Of a DNA stretch of 64,000 nt, positions 51,905-61,827 are shown in pieces. A program made the position numbers and the translations under genes. The DNA comes from Myxococcota bacterium (GTDB taxonomy: Bacteria; Myxococcota_A; SURF-8): the NCBI GenBank assembly GCA_963674735.2, contig CAXXQS010000001.1, positions 1,696,001-1,760,000 of the forward strand, read 5' to 3'. Under the pieces are notes generated by a model. That model did not search any database and was not told the DNA's origin. It saw only the letters and a program-made list of their open reading frames with translations. The number at the start of each line of letters is the position of its first letter. Position 1 is the first letter of the stretch.

Positions 51905-53363
51905 ATGGAGTTCCCCCATTTTTCATGAGTCGAAAAGGGGTAGTTGTGGATCGGGTGGGCGTTTGTCGGCTCTGCTGTGCAGAGTTCCCTTTCCGGCTTT
52001 GTGCAGAATGTCCCTCATACCGTCGGCTAAAGCGTAATATCGAAAGTCGGGGACGCCGAATAATCGCTTGGCTGCGTCCAATGCGTGCAAGGCCAGGATC
52101 TTCAGTCGGGCCTCCAGCCCCACCTTCACCGCCGTGAAATGCATCAGAGCCAGCAATAACGTCACCAGATTCTTCAAGCGCCGATAGGTCAAGACCCGCA
52201 CGTTCTCCAGGCCATAGCTCTGCTTGACGAAACGGATCGTGTCTTCCACCCGCCAGCGCGTCAGATACGATTGAACCGCCCACCACAAGACCTTGCGGCT
52301 TCTCCGCATCGGCTCGGTGGTCAACAGCAGCATGGGACGCTTGCCCAAGCCTCTGACGACCACCAGCCACAACGGTCGCTCGGGGCATTCCGGCAGGCGC
52401 ACCGGCAGATAACCGAAATGGATGAAGTACGCCTTCTCCTTGCCGTCTTTTTCCTTCACCACCGTTTCGGCATACGGCGTTTTACAGGTTTCAGCCAACT
52501 TCATTTCGTTCTTCGCCTTGCCTTTGTACAGCAGATGGCGGTCGCCGCGCTGGCGCACCAGATAGCGCACCTGCTCGTCCTTCGTCCAGGGCGCGAGCAT
52601 CTCCCGCCGGTCGCCGCCGCGATCGTAGACCAGAATGCCCCGGTGCTCCGTGGCGGCCAGCACGCGATCCACCAGCGTGAGAATCTCGTGGTTCTCGCTC
52701 ACGAAATCGGGCGACGCCTGCGACCACAAAATCTGCGCCAGGGGCGTGATGTCGTGCTCGCCCGTCTCGCAGCCGACCACCTCGCACATCCAGTAACCGT
52801 CGCCGATTATCTTCTCGCTGGCGTCGCGCACCTCGGCCAGATACTGCATCTTCTTCGCATACTTCTTGGTGATGTCCGACGGATCGACGATCAAAAGCGT
52901 GTCGTCCCGGATGCGCTTCGCGCCCTGGATCAGCACCGATTCGGAAATCGTCTCCTCCAATTTCTCGTCGTCGAGGTTGGCCGACAGGCGTTTGTGCGTG
53001 GCGTGCAGAGCGATGGGCTCCTCCAAGCGGCGCGCCACCTCGGTCAGCAGCACCGAGCCCGAGGCGCACATGCCGTAAATCATCTCTTCCACGAAACGGG
53101 TGGACACCTTGCCCAGCTTTGTCGAAAGTTCCCCCGAAAAATGATGGATTTGCGCTCGCAATTTGTGCCCGAGTTGATGTAGCATGGCGATGGACCTCTT
53201 GGATTTTGTTAAGCAAATAGCGGCTTCGACACCCGTTGCTTAACACCTTGAGGTCCGTCTTGTCTCGTATGAAAATCCCCCATTTTTCACTTGCGGACAA
53301 ACCTATCCAGATAGAATCAGAACGGTTTTAGGAGCGGAACGCCCAGAAATGGGGGAACTTCAT
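51905..53363 (-). mobile_element. IS4-like DDE insertion sequence (transposase 51923-53185)
   Basis: 17-bp IRs ATGGAGTTCCCCCATTT and AAATGGGGGAACTTCAT, with flanking direct repeat TGGTCTTGA (51896 and 53364). Motifs VDPSD, YDRGGD and Y..RW.VE..RF.KQ. Confidence 0.9.
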
Positions 53364-53523
53364 TGGTCTTGACAATAGCCCTGTGAATGGCTAGGGTTTT
53401 TATAGTGTCCGAGCTTGCCGATCAACATCGGCGATTCCGATCTGCTGACTTCTCCGTCAACAGAACCTCAAGGCGCTGAGAAAACAACCCGAGGTAACTT
53501 GCCCGAGAGGCAGGAGGAATCCG

Positions 53524-55224
53524 ATGGCCCCCTTTAATCCAATTGAACCCGATGAACTTGCGCATTCACCGCTTGCTGCTGGTTTTGTGACTGCTGGAAT
53601 GCAAGAACGTGATGCAGAGTGGCTTGCCAGAATCTTGATATACGGCGGTTTTGTGTTTGACGAAGGAGATTCTACACCGCTTTTTTTTCCATTCATGTTG
53701 AGTTTGGAAGAGTTTACAGAAAAAATCATCGTTCCATTCAAAGAACCTGTTCCAACTACCAAAAAGAACCGCAATCTAATCAATGCTCTTCAACAAATCA
53801 TAGGTTTAGTAGGGCCGCACAGGGACGGCAGGCTTTTGGCGATAATGGCGTACTTGGCGGATGTATACCGTAATCGTGAATACAGCTCGTTTACCAAGAT
53901 TTATGAAAGTAATTGGTGGAAACAATTTATTCAACCGTCTGAACCATTTATTCCGATCTCCTGGCACAATGCAGTAAAAGAATTGTCGGAAAAAGGGTAT
54001 ATTCCCAAGAGTATAAAGTACTTTAGATCTTTGATTAACTCTTTAAAACGGGATAAAAAAGCCTTCTGGCTTTCGGCAATACGTTGGGACTTACTGAGCG
54101 AGGCTCATGTCTCTATCGACGATAGGATACGAGATCCAAGACGACTGGACTTCTGGCTGGAGGCAGGAAACCCCGAGAAAGCAATAAAGAACCCGGAAGT
54201 AGATAAGGCCATCTGCGGATATTTATCGGAAGTTTCTGACTCTCAACTCGGGGTCGCGGCGCTCAACCTTGCAACGGCATTGACGGATTCACTCGATGCT
54301 TCTGAATGGCAGTACATCGCGCCTAGATGGACGAGATTTCACAATTTGTATTCCGGGGAAGAGGAAAGCATAATTACACTGTTATTGGCGCGATATCAGG
54401 CACAGCAATCGGATGAACATTTGAAAATGGCTCTGCTTCGCCTGTTCCTTTTGCGCTTTCGAGAAAATGAACTCAATCCCGATATCGCCAAACCCCTGCT
54501 GACCGTCGCGAAAAAGGAACTTGGCCAAAACCGCCCATTGCTCAAAAAAGATGCCGAAAAGCCGTTCGATCCCCATTCATTGAATGCGCCCTTAGCCTTC
54601 CTGTTTCGCTTCGGCGGTCCCAGCCCGGCGCTGGAAACCATGCTTACACTATTCAGTGCGCTTGAACATCCTGCTGTCACACCGGACCTTAGATACTGGA
54701 AAGAGGAAGGATTGGTTGATCCGCCGGAAACTTATCGCTGGATTCCCGATCGGATTGCCGCCATCATCCACGCGCTGGGAGCCGAGCAGGAAAAGGATCC
54801 CACGCTAGAAAGTGTTCGTAGATCCTTGGCGCAGTTCTTTCTAAAGCGGCTGAAATCGAAAGATAATGTTAATGACAGAGATGTAATCGATGACGATTTC
54901 ATCGAGAACCGTTGGGAGTGGCGATATTTTTACGTCCGAGCTCTACGCGAATTGAAGGTCAATCCCCTGGGCAAAAGCCACCACGTGCTTCGTTGGGTAT
55001 CCGAAAACGACCCGCATGAGGAAGTACGTGAAGAGGCGAAAAAAGCGTATAAAGAACTCCGGCATCAGGTCAGCTTGCCTGCTGAGACATCTCCTCGGAA
55101 ACCGCTTTTCGCCGCGTTCTGGTGGCTCAGGCAAGCTCACCTGAATTCGTTGGGGATTGAACCGGACCCACAAGGGGCCCAGCGCACCCGCAGCAAGGAG
55201 GTGACCTACACAAACAGAACCTAA
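53524..55224 (+). CDS. Hypothetical helical protein with a HEAT-like C-terminus
   Basis: 566 aa with an AGGAGG RBS; HEAT-like VRALREL and NDPHEEVREEAKKA. Confidence 0.7.
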   Translation: MAPFNPIEPDELAHSPLAAGFVTAGMQERDAEWLARILIYGGFVFDEGDSTPLFFPFMLSLEEFTEKIIVPFKEPVPTTKKNRNLINALQQIIGLVGPHRDGRLLAIMAYLADVYRNREYSSFTKIYESNWWKQFIQPSEPFIPISWHNAVKELSEKGYIPKSIKYFRSLINSLKRDKKAFWLSAIRWDLLSEAHVSIDDRIRDPRRLDFWLEAGNPEKAIKNPEVDKAICGYLSEVSDSQLGVAALNLATALTDSLDASEWQYIAPRWTRFHNLYSGEEESIITLLLARYQAQQSDEHLKMALLRLFLLRFRENELNPDIAKPLLTVAKKELGQNRPLLKKDAEKPFDPHSLNAPLAFLFRFGGPSPALETMLTLFSALEHPAVTPDLRYWKEEGLVDPPETYRWIPDRIAAIIHALGAEQEKDPTLESVRRSLAQFFLKRLKSKDNVNDRDVIDDDFIENRWEWRYFYVRALRELKVNPLGKSHHVLRWVSENDPHEEVREEAKKAYKELRHQVSLPAETSPRKPLFAAFWWLRQAHLNSLGIEPDPQGAQRTRSKEVTYTNRT

Positions 55225-55338
55225 CCGTTGATTGTGAGGTTCCGCTTGGGAACGTAAGCGTCCCGCCCGGCCTTTCGGCTGTCCGAACCTCGTCTTTCAG
55301 TTTGCAAATGAAGACAAACGCAAGAAAGGACAAAGGAA

Positions 55339-55641
55339 ATGCGTATATCCAACGTACTGGTGCTGACGCACCACGCCCGCAAGCGAATCCAGCAGCGGGG
55401 CATCCCCCAAGCAGCCATACAGACGATCTTCACCTTCGGCACACCGCACCATGCCGGTAAAGGCTGTGTCGCGTACCACATCGACACAAAGGCCATACAA
55501 AAAGCGAAACATGACGGCCATGACCTGACCGAGTTGAAGAACACAGCTTGCATCGTCGCAGAGAACCGAGTTGTGGTTACGGTCGAGCATGCGACGAGAA
55601 AACCCAGAAAATGGTCTAACGGCAACGGAGGGAGGTCATGA
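55339..55641 (+). CDS. DUF4258-like small protein (putative RNase toxin fold)
   Basis: LTHHARKRIQQRGI and C-terminal VVVTV; AAGGA RBS; ATGA overlap with viperin. Confidence 0.7.
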   Translation: MRISNVLVLTHHARKRIQQRGIPQAAIQTIFTFGTPHHAGKGCVAYHIDTKAIQKAKHDGHDLTELKNTACIVAENRVVVTVEHATRKPRKWSNGNGGRS

Positions 55642-56504
55642 TGACGAGACCATTCCCTCCATCCGTGAACTGGCATATCTGGGCCGCATGCAACATGAAT
55701 TGTCGATTCTGTTTTGCGGTCTTCAATGATGTTAAGGCGACGTTGCATGGCAGACCGTCGATTGATAAAACCAACAACATCCTGCTTGCGAAGATGATCG
55801 GAAGCGCTTTCGCCAAGGTTTCTGTTGCAGGAGGCGAGGCGCTTCTCTGCCCCTACCTAGTTGAAATTCTCGCCAGCCTGAAATCGAGCGGAACAACGAC
55901 CGCCCTGATTACCAAGAGGGCCAGATTGATCGACAATCCGGAGCTGCTTTGCCGTCTTGCTCCACACCTGGACTGGATCGGTATCAGCATCGATAGCTTC
56001 AACCCTGAAGTTCAGATAGATCTCGGCAGGGCTAAAAACGGACGGGCATATCGACCAGAGCAGTATGTAGAACTGGCTTTGAGGATCAAGAAGGCGGACA
56101 TCCGGTTGAAGGTCAATTCGGTAGTTACGAAGCTGACGATAGCCGAGAATATGACTCCTTGGATAAAAGCCATGGGACCGGAACGATGGAAAGTATTTCA
56201 GGTTTTGCCGATTGACGGACAGAACGATGGAAGAATAGAGGATCTACTGATTTCCGAACACGAATTCAAGGAGTTCGTGGCTCGGCATAGACGTGAACTC
56301 GGAGCCGTGTTAATCCCGGAGTCGAACGAAGCGATGACCGGAAGTTATGCGATGATCGATCCCGCCGGTCGGTTTTTCGATAATGTATCGGGTAGTTTAA
56401 GGTATTCTCAACCGATTCATGACACTGAGATACTGCGGGCATGGCAGCAAGTTCAGTTCTGTGAGGAAAAATTCCGTATCCGTGGTGGGGAATACCGATG
56501 GTGA
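55638..56504 (+). CDS. Prokaryotic viperin (antiviral radical SAM ddhNTP synthase)
   Basis: SVNWHIWAACNMNCRFCFA matches the viperin N-aromatic-H-x4-Cx3Cx2CF motif. Also ISIDS, KVNSVV, RWKVFQ, SNEAMTGSYAMIDPAGRFF and C-terminal RGGEYRW. Confidence 0.92.
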   Translation: MMTRPFPPSVNWHIWAACNMNCRFCFAVFNDVKATLHGRPSIDKTNNILLAKMIGSAFAKVSVAGGEALLCPYLVEILASLKSSGTTTALITKRARLIDNPELLCRLAPHLDWIGISIDSFNPEVQIDLGRAKNGRAYRPEQYVELALRIKKADIRLKVNSVVTKLTIAENMTPWIKAMGPERWKVFQVLPIDGQNDGRIEDLLISEHEFKEFVARHRRELGAVLIPESNEAMTGSYAMIDPAGRFFDNVSGSLRYSQPIHDTEILRAWQQVQFCEEKFRIRGGEYRW

Positions 56505-56822
56505 TAGTGACAACTATTTACCGAAACACGTATCTAATACAACGTGCCGGTAAACATACACATCGCGAACTCAAGCGGTTTGATGAGTTTTCAGACCTGT
56601 TGCCAGTTGCAAAGGGATAAATGAAGAGGCTTTCGCCCCTTCACTTGGCGACGCGTCAGCGGTTCAGGCTGGCGCGCCGTCATTCTCGACAAAGTATTCC
56701 AATTCCCCCAGCACCTGCAGCACCGCCCAGGCATCCACCGTCAGCCCATTGCCCCCGAGGACGCCGTCCCAGGATGACCCAGAACTCGTCCAGGTCGCCC
56801 GGTATACCAGGATAGGCCAGAC

Positions 56823-56866
56823 CACCCGGACTACCCGGACTACCCGGACTACGGGGACTGCCCGGG
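56823..56866. repeat. 9-bp tandem repeat (CCCGGACTA x3 plus degenerate units)
   Basis: Sequence cacccggactacccggactacccggactacggggactgcccggg. Confidence 0.8.
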
Positions 56867-57037
56867 CCTATTCCCAAGCCCCTGTTCATCTGCTCATAAA
56901 ACTCGCCAACCCCTCCACGGCTTCGGTCCAACTTGGATGATTATCTTCAAATCGGAAAGATACGCCCAATGCCTTCATGGCTGGGCCAAGCGCCTCTTGC
57001 AACAACTCAAGGCGGTAGTTGTTATCGTGCGACCATT

Positions 57038-57399
57038 GTTTCAATCCACGCCCCCGTGAAGGGGCGACGGAATATTCCTCGCCTTCGGCGGCGGTGATGA
57101 GGGGTTTCAATCCACGCCCCCGTGAAGGGGCGACACAGGGCTAAACGAAGTGTCACGATTGGAGGTTCGGTTTCAATCCACGCCCCCGTGAAGGGGCGAC
57201 TTCGTGGCGATTTTCCATTTCTTCGATAAGTTCTGTTTCAATCCACGCCCCCGTGAAGGGGCGACTAAATCTGTCGCCATGCGTTTGACATAGTTTGTTT
57301 TGTTTCAATCCACGCCCCCGTGAAGGGGCGACGGTGGTGATCTCAACCGCGCCCACCGATCGACAGGTGTTTCAATCCACGCCCCCGTGAAGGGGCGAC
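57038..57399 (-). CRISPR. Orphan CRISPR array, type I-C-like: six identical 31-bp repeats and five spacers
   Basis: Repeat GTCGCCCCTTCACGGGGGCGTGGATTGAAAC (minus strand) at 57038, 57104, 57170, 57235, 57302 and 57369. Spacers are 35, 35, 34, 36 and 36 bp. No cas genes in the window. Confidence 0.97.
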
Positions 57400-58862
57400 T
57401 GTACATCTTCAGCAAGAATGGGACAAATGTTGGTTTATTTCTAAGGGAGAGGATGAGCCATTTGTTGTTCGTTCCGGTCCGGGTGGTTTCGGTTCATGAT
57501 CTTTCGGTTTTCAAGGGTTCTTCGCTTCAATTCGGCTCGTTTTCGTAAGATCGCCTCCTTTCTGCCAAAGTATACGTCATCCGGTGTGACGTTGCCAAGA
57601 GCTTCGTGAACCCGGCGTTGGCTGTACCAATTCACGAATTCCAGGATTTCGTTTTCGATCTGGATCGGCGTTTCGTGCACGTTCTGGTTCACGCGCTCTT
57701 TCAGGCTTCTGTGATAGCGCTCGATCTTGCCGTTGGTCTGCGGGTGGTATGGGGCGGCGAAAATGTGGTGAATGCCTTTGATATCCAGATATTCCGCCAG
57801 TTCGCCACTAACGAGCGCACTGCCGCGGTCGGACAGGATGCGCGGCTTACGGTTCTCATCCATCCTGTCCACGCCTGTAAACTCGCAGGCCGCCTCGATC
57901 ACCTCCGAGAAATCCGGTGCCCGCATGCTGGGTTGTAAGCGCCAGGCCAGGATCTTGCGGCTTTTATCGTCCAGAACCGAGATCAGGTAATACCAGCCCC
58001 AATGCAGCGCCTTGAAATAGCTGGCGTCGGTCTGCCACTGCTCGTTGACCCGCTTCGGCTTGTAGCGGTACTCCGATGAGGCCGCAAAGGTCTTCACCGG
58101 ACGCGGAAAGACCAGCCCGGCTCGTTTGAGCGCACGATAGACCGTCGACTCGGATACGGCGAAGGCGCCGTGATCCGTGAGATGCACGGCCAGTTCCCGC
58201 GAGGACTTCTCCGGGAACTCGGCCGCCAGACGCAAAATCTCCGATCGCTCGACATCGAGCAGTTGGTTCCACACCCGGCCCCTGTACGGGCTCTTGTCCA
58301 CAAGCGCCGCTTCACCACTCGACGCATAGGCCTTCTTCCAACGGTAATAGGTCGATGGTGGCACATCGAGATCATGCAGGGTCTTGCGCACCGAAAACGG
58401 TGAACGCGCCACCGCGTCGAGCACCGCCCGTTTCATTTCGGCTTGCATCCGCTTGTACCGGACGCTTACGAGCCGAGGCTTTTTTATATCGCAAGACAGC
58501 CAGATGCGCCTCGGCCAGGGAGATCTTGAGCTGCTCGTTCTCCGATTTCAGCTCACGCACCTCGTCGTCCGAGGCATCACGTTTCGTCTCACGCGTTAAC
58601 CCGTTCTTGCCGGCTTCGAGAAACTGTTTGGACCAGCGATAGAACAGGCTGGGCTGGATGCCTTCCCGGCGGCAGAGCTCGCTGATGGAAATCTCGCCGC
58701 GCAGCGATTCGACGACAATGCGGATCTTCTCGTCGGCACTGAATTTGCGGCGGGTGTTTCGGCGGATCTGTTTGACAACATTGGTGGCCATGGGGTCCTC
58801 CTCCTTCAGAGGTTGTACCCGGACCGGAACGGATGGTCAATCGTGGAAGCGGTCCCGACGCT
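57400..58862 (-). mobile_element. IS3-family copy 2 (orfA from 58791, orfB 57441-58448); lacks left IR
   Basis: IRR TGTACATCTTCAGCAAGAATGGGACA at 57400; DDE motifs WQTD, SDRG and GKIER. The slippery site is A6 rather than A7. Confidence 0.9.
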
Positions 58863-58882
58863 GCAACGAGCGTCGGGACCGC

Positions 58883-60058
58883 TAGGGTGTTTCAATTCTG
58901 GAATAGGATTCCCGGTTTCCACATATCACGCATGGTGGCTTTGACGGATCGTTTCCCTTTCACGGATTGCAGCAGAGCCAGCGCGATTTTGCGTAAGGCC
59001 GACAGCAGACCGGGGTTGCTCGTCACCCGGCAGCGATCTTCACCCATCGACACATCCAGCACGTAATGCAGGCGGTTTTCGATACCCCAGTGATCCCGGA
59101 AATGTTTCAGTAAGGTTTCAGAGGGCGTATCCGGAGGCAAGTCGGTGATGGCGAAACGTACGCCCTTGCGGATGTCCCCCGTCCGTTTGTCGATGCTTTC
59201 GCAATGGACGGCCAGGCCCATCGAAAGCCCCGGCCAGTCCCAGTAGCTTTTCATTTGGGGGAAGACATACAGACGCCGCGTTTCGATGCGGCCCGAAATC
59301 AAGGTCGTGGTCTCACGGGCGGGACGCTTGCCCCCACGATAGCGCCACAGGCGGGAGAGTTCGGTATGGAGCTCGTGCTGGTTATCCTTCAGTTTGAATA
59401 ACCAGTGCCCCCTTTTTCTTCAATCGTTTCGCAAAGTTCTCTCTGCGAAAACATCGCGTCGCCGCTGACCACCTTGCCCTGAAGATCGAGTTGCTTCAAT
59501 TGCTTCAAGGCGCTCTTGATTTCGCCTCCGGCCGGCTCGGAGGACGCCTGGGACAGCGCAATGCCTTTCGGCGTGGCGACGTTCACCACATGCAGGCGCT
59601 TGTCCCGGTGCAGACTGCCCTTGATCGTCTTGCCGTCCACCGCCACCTGCGTATCGGACCAGGCCAACTCCACGCCGACCTGGCGCAAAAGATCATTCAC
59701 CGGCAACAGGTCCATCTGCTGAAACAGATTCGTGTAGGTGCCCTGGGCCGGAATCCGTTTCCAGCCCAGAAATTCCAACAGATCCCGGTCGTAGGAGGTC
59801 CGCTGGAGAATCTCCTGTATCGTCGTCAGATTCCGCAGAAATCCGAGCACCAGCAGCAGAAGAAGAGCGTCTAACTGATAACGCCGCCCCTGCCCGCGGC
59901 GTGGGTCCGGCAGCCGCCGGAAACCCGCGCGCAGACGATAAAGAAACATCGATATCTCATTCGGACTCATCGCATTCCCTCCATCAGGCAGACATCAATA
60001 TCCCCTTAGAGGGAACCCACCACTCATTAATTCCCGGAAACAGAATTGAAACACCCTG
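58883..60058 (-). mobile_element. ISAs1-family insertion sequence (transposase in two frames, 59970 to 58892)
   Basis: 18-bp IRs TAGGGTGTTTCAATTCTG and CAGAATTGAAACACCCTG; 9-bp target duplication CGGGACCGC (58874 and 60059). Motifs DPRR, VDGK, GDAM and HWGIENRLHYVLDV..GED. Frame change at AAAAAGGGGG. Confidence 0.92.
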
Positions 60059-61512
60059 CGGGACCGCTTCCACGATTGACCATCCGTTCCGGTCCGGGTA
60101 CAACTCCAACGAGGAGGACCCCATGGCCGATGTCATCAGACAAATCCGCAAAAACACCCGCCGAAAGTTCAGCGCCGACGAGAAGATCCGCATCGTCGTC
60201 GAGAGCTTGCGCGGCGAGATCCCGATTTCCGAGCTTTGCAGCAGAGAAGGCATTCAGCCCAGCCTGTTTTATCGCTGGTCCAAGCAGTTTCTGGAGGCCG
60301 GTAAAAACGGCCTGACGCGCGAGACGAAGCGCGATGCCTCGGACGATGAGGTGCGCGAGCTGAAGTCGGAGAACGAGCAGCTCAAGATTGCGCTGGCCGA
60401 AGAGCGATTGCGTGTCCTGAAATATAAAAAAAGCCTCGGCAATTAAGCGTCCGGTACAAGCGGATGCAAGCCGAGTTGAAACGGGCGGTGCTCGACGCCG
60501 TGGCGCGTTCGCCGTTTTCGGTGCGCAAGGCGCTGCGAGAGTTGGACGTGCCGCCGTCGACCTATTACCGTTGGAAGCGGGCCTTCGATGCGGGCGGCCA
60601 GGCGGCGCTGGCGGACAAGAGTCCGTACAAGGGCCGGGTGTGGAATCAGCTTCTCGATATCGAGCAGATGGAAGTTTTGAAGCTGGCGCAGGAATTCCCG
60701 GAGAAATCCTCGCGGGAGTTGGCCGTGCACCTCACGGACCATGGCGTGTTCGCCGTGTCCGAGTCGACGGTCTACCGCGTGCTCAAACGGGCCGGGCTGG
60801 TCTTTCCGCGTCCGGTGAAGACCTTTGCGGCCTCATCGGAGTACCGCTACAAGCCGAAGCGGGTCAACGAGCAGTGGCAGACCGACGCCAGCTATTTCAA
60901 GGCGCTGCATTGGGGCTGGTATTACCTGATCTCGGTTCTGGACGATAAAAGCCGCAAGATCCTGGCCTGGCGCTTACAACCCAGCATGCGGGCACCGGAT
61001 TTCTCGGAGGTGATCGAGGCGGCCTGCGAGTTTACAGGCGTGGACAGGATGGATGAGAACCGTAAGCCGCGCATCCTGTCCGACCGCGGCAGTGCGCTCG
61101 TTAGTGGCGAACTGGCGGAATATCTGGATATCAAAGGCATTCACCACATTTTCGCCGCCCCATACCACCCGCAGACCAACGGCAAGATCGAGCGCTATCA
61201 CAGAAGCCTGAAAGAGCGCGTGAACCAGAACGTGCACGAAACGCCGATCCAGATCGAAAACGAAATCCTGGAATTCGTGAATTGGTACAGCCAACGCCGG
61301 GTTCACGAAGCTCTTGGCAACGTCACACCGGATGACGTATACTTTGGCAGAAAGGAGGCGATCTTACGAAAACGAGCCGAATTGAAGCGAAGAACCCTTG
61401 AAAACCGAAAGATCAGGAACCGAAACCACCCGGACAGGAACGAACAACAAATGGCTCAACCTCTCCCTTAGAAAAACACCCCCATTTGTCCCATTCTTGC
61501 TGAAGATGTACA
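60059..61512 (+). mobile_element. IS3-family copy 3 (orfA 60123-60446, orfB 60464-61471); lacks left IR
   Basis: A7G slippery site puts orfA in -1 frame with orfB; intact DDE; IRR ends ...GAAGATGTACA at 61512. Confidence 0.9.
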
Positions 61513-61694
61513 CTGTCCAAAGATTTTCTCGCAACAAAAGTGATTCTCCGAAGCCAAAGCAACGATCTTGCCAGACATTTCAATCCTTCACTGGAATACA
61601 TATTCATGCCTGGATTACGCTGCCTCGTGGTAGCTCAGTGGTAGCTCAAAACGAAAACAGCCACCTAGCGATTAAGCTAAGTGGCTGATATCTT

Positions 61695-61770
61695 TGGTGG
61701 AGCTAGGCGGGATCGAACCGCCGGCCTCTTGAATGCCATTCAAGCGCTCTCCCAGCTGAGCTATAGCCCC
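61695..61770 (-). tRNA. tRNA-Ala (GGC)
   Basis: GGGGCTATAGCTCAGCTGGGAGAGCGCTTGAATGGCATTCAAGAGGCCGGCGGTTCGATCCCGCCTAGCTCCACCA: 76 nt, G3:U70 pair, CCA end. Confidence 0.98.
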
Positions 61771-61827
61771 TTTTCTGCAAAGATCCGCAACAGACGAGGT
61801 GGGATTTTAACGAGTTAGGGTCGTTTG

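Noticed and set aside
43247-56504. Possibility that the unknown ORFs are divergent cas genes for the array
   Set aside because: No Cas1, Cas2, Cas3 (HD/helicase), Cas5 or Cas7 motifs were recognisable; a profile search would be needed to exclude remote homology.
56680-56940. Collagen-like (PGL/GSP)n short ORFs over the 9-bp repeat
   Set aside because: Only about four triplets, the frames are short or interrupted, and there is no convincing RBS; not called as a gene.
58887-58897. GTTTCAAT in the ISAs1 inverted repeats resembles the CRISPR repeat end
   Set aside because: Only 8 nt, and fully explained as part of the paired IS termini with a target duplication.
61627-61648. GTAGCTCAGTGGTAG looks like a tRNA D-arm
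   Set aside because: No anticodon arm, T-arm or acceptor stem follows; better explained as an 11-bp tandem repeat.
33339-61694. Retron, DGR or prophage interpretation of the island
   Set aside because: No reverse transcriptase motifs and no recognisable phage structural or terminase genes.
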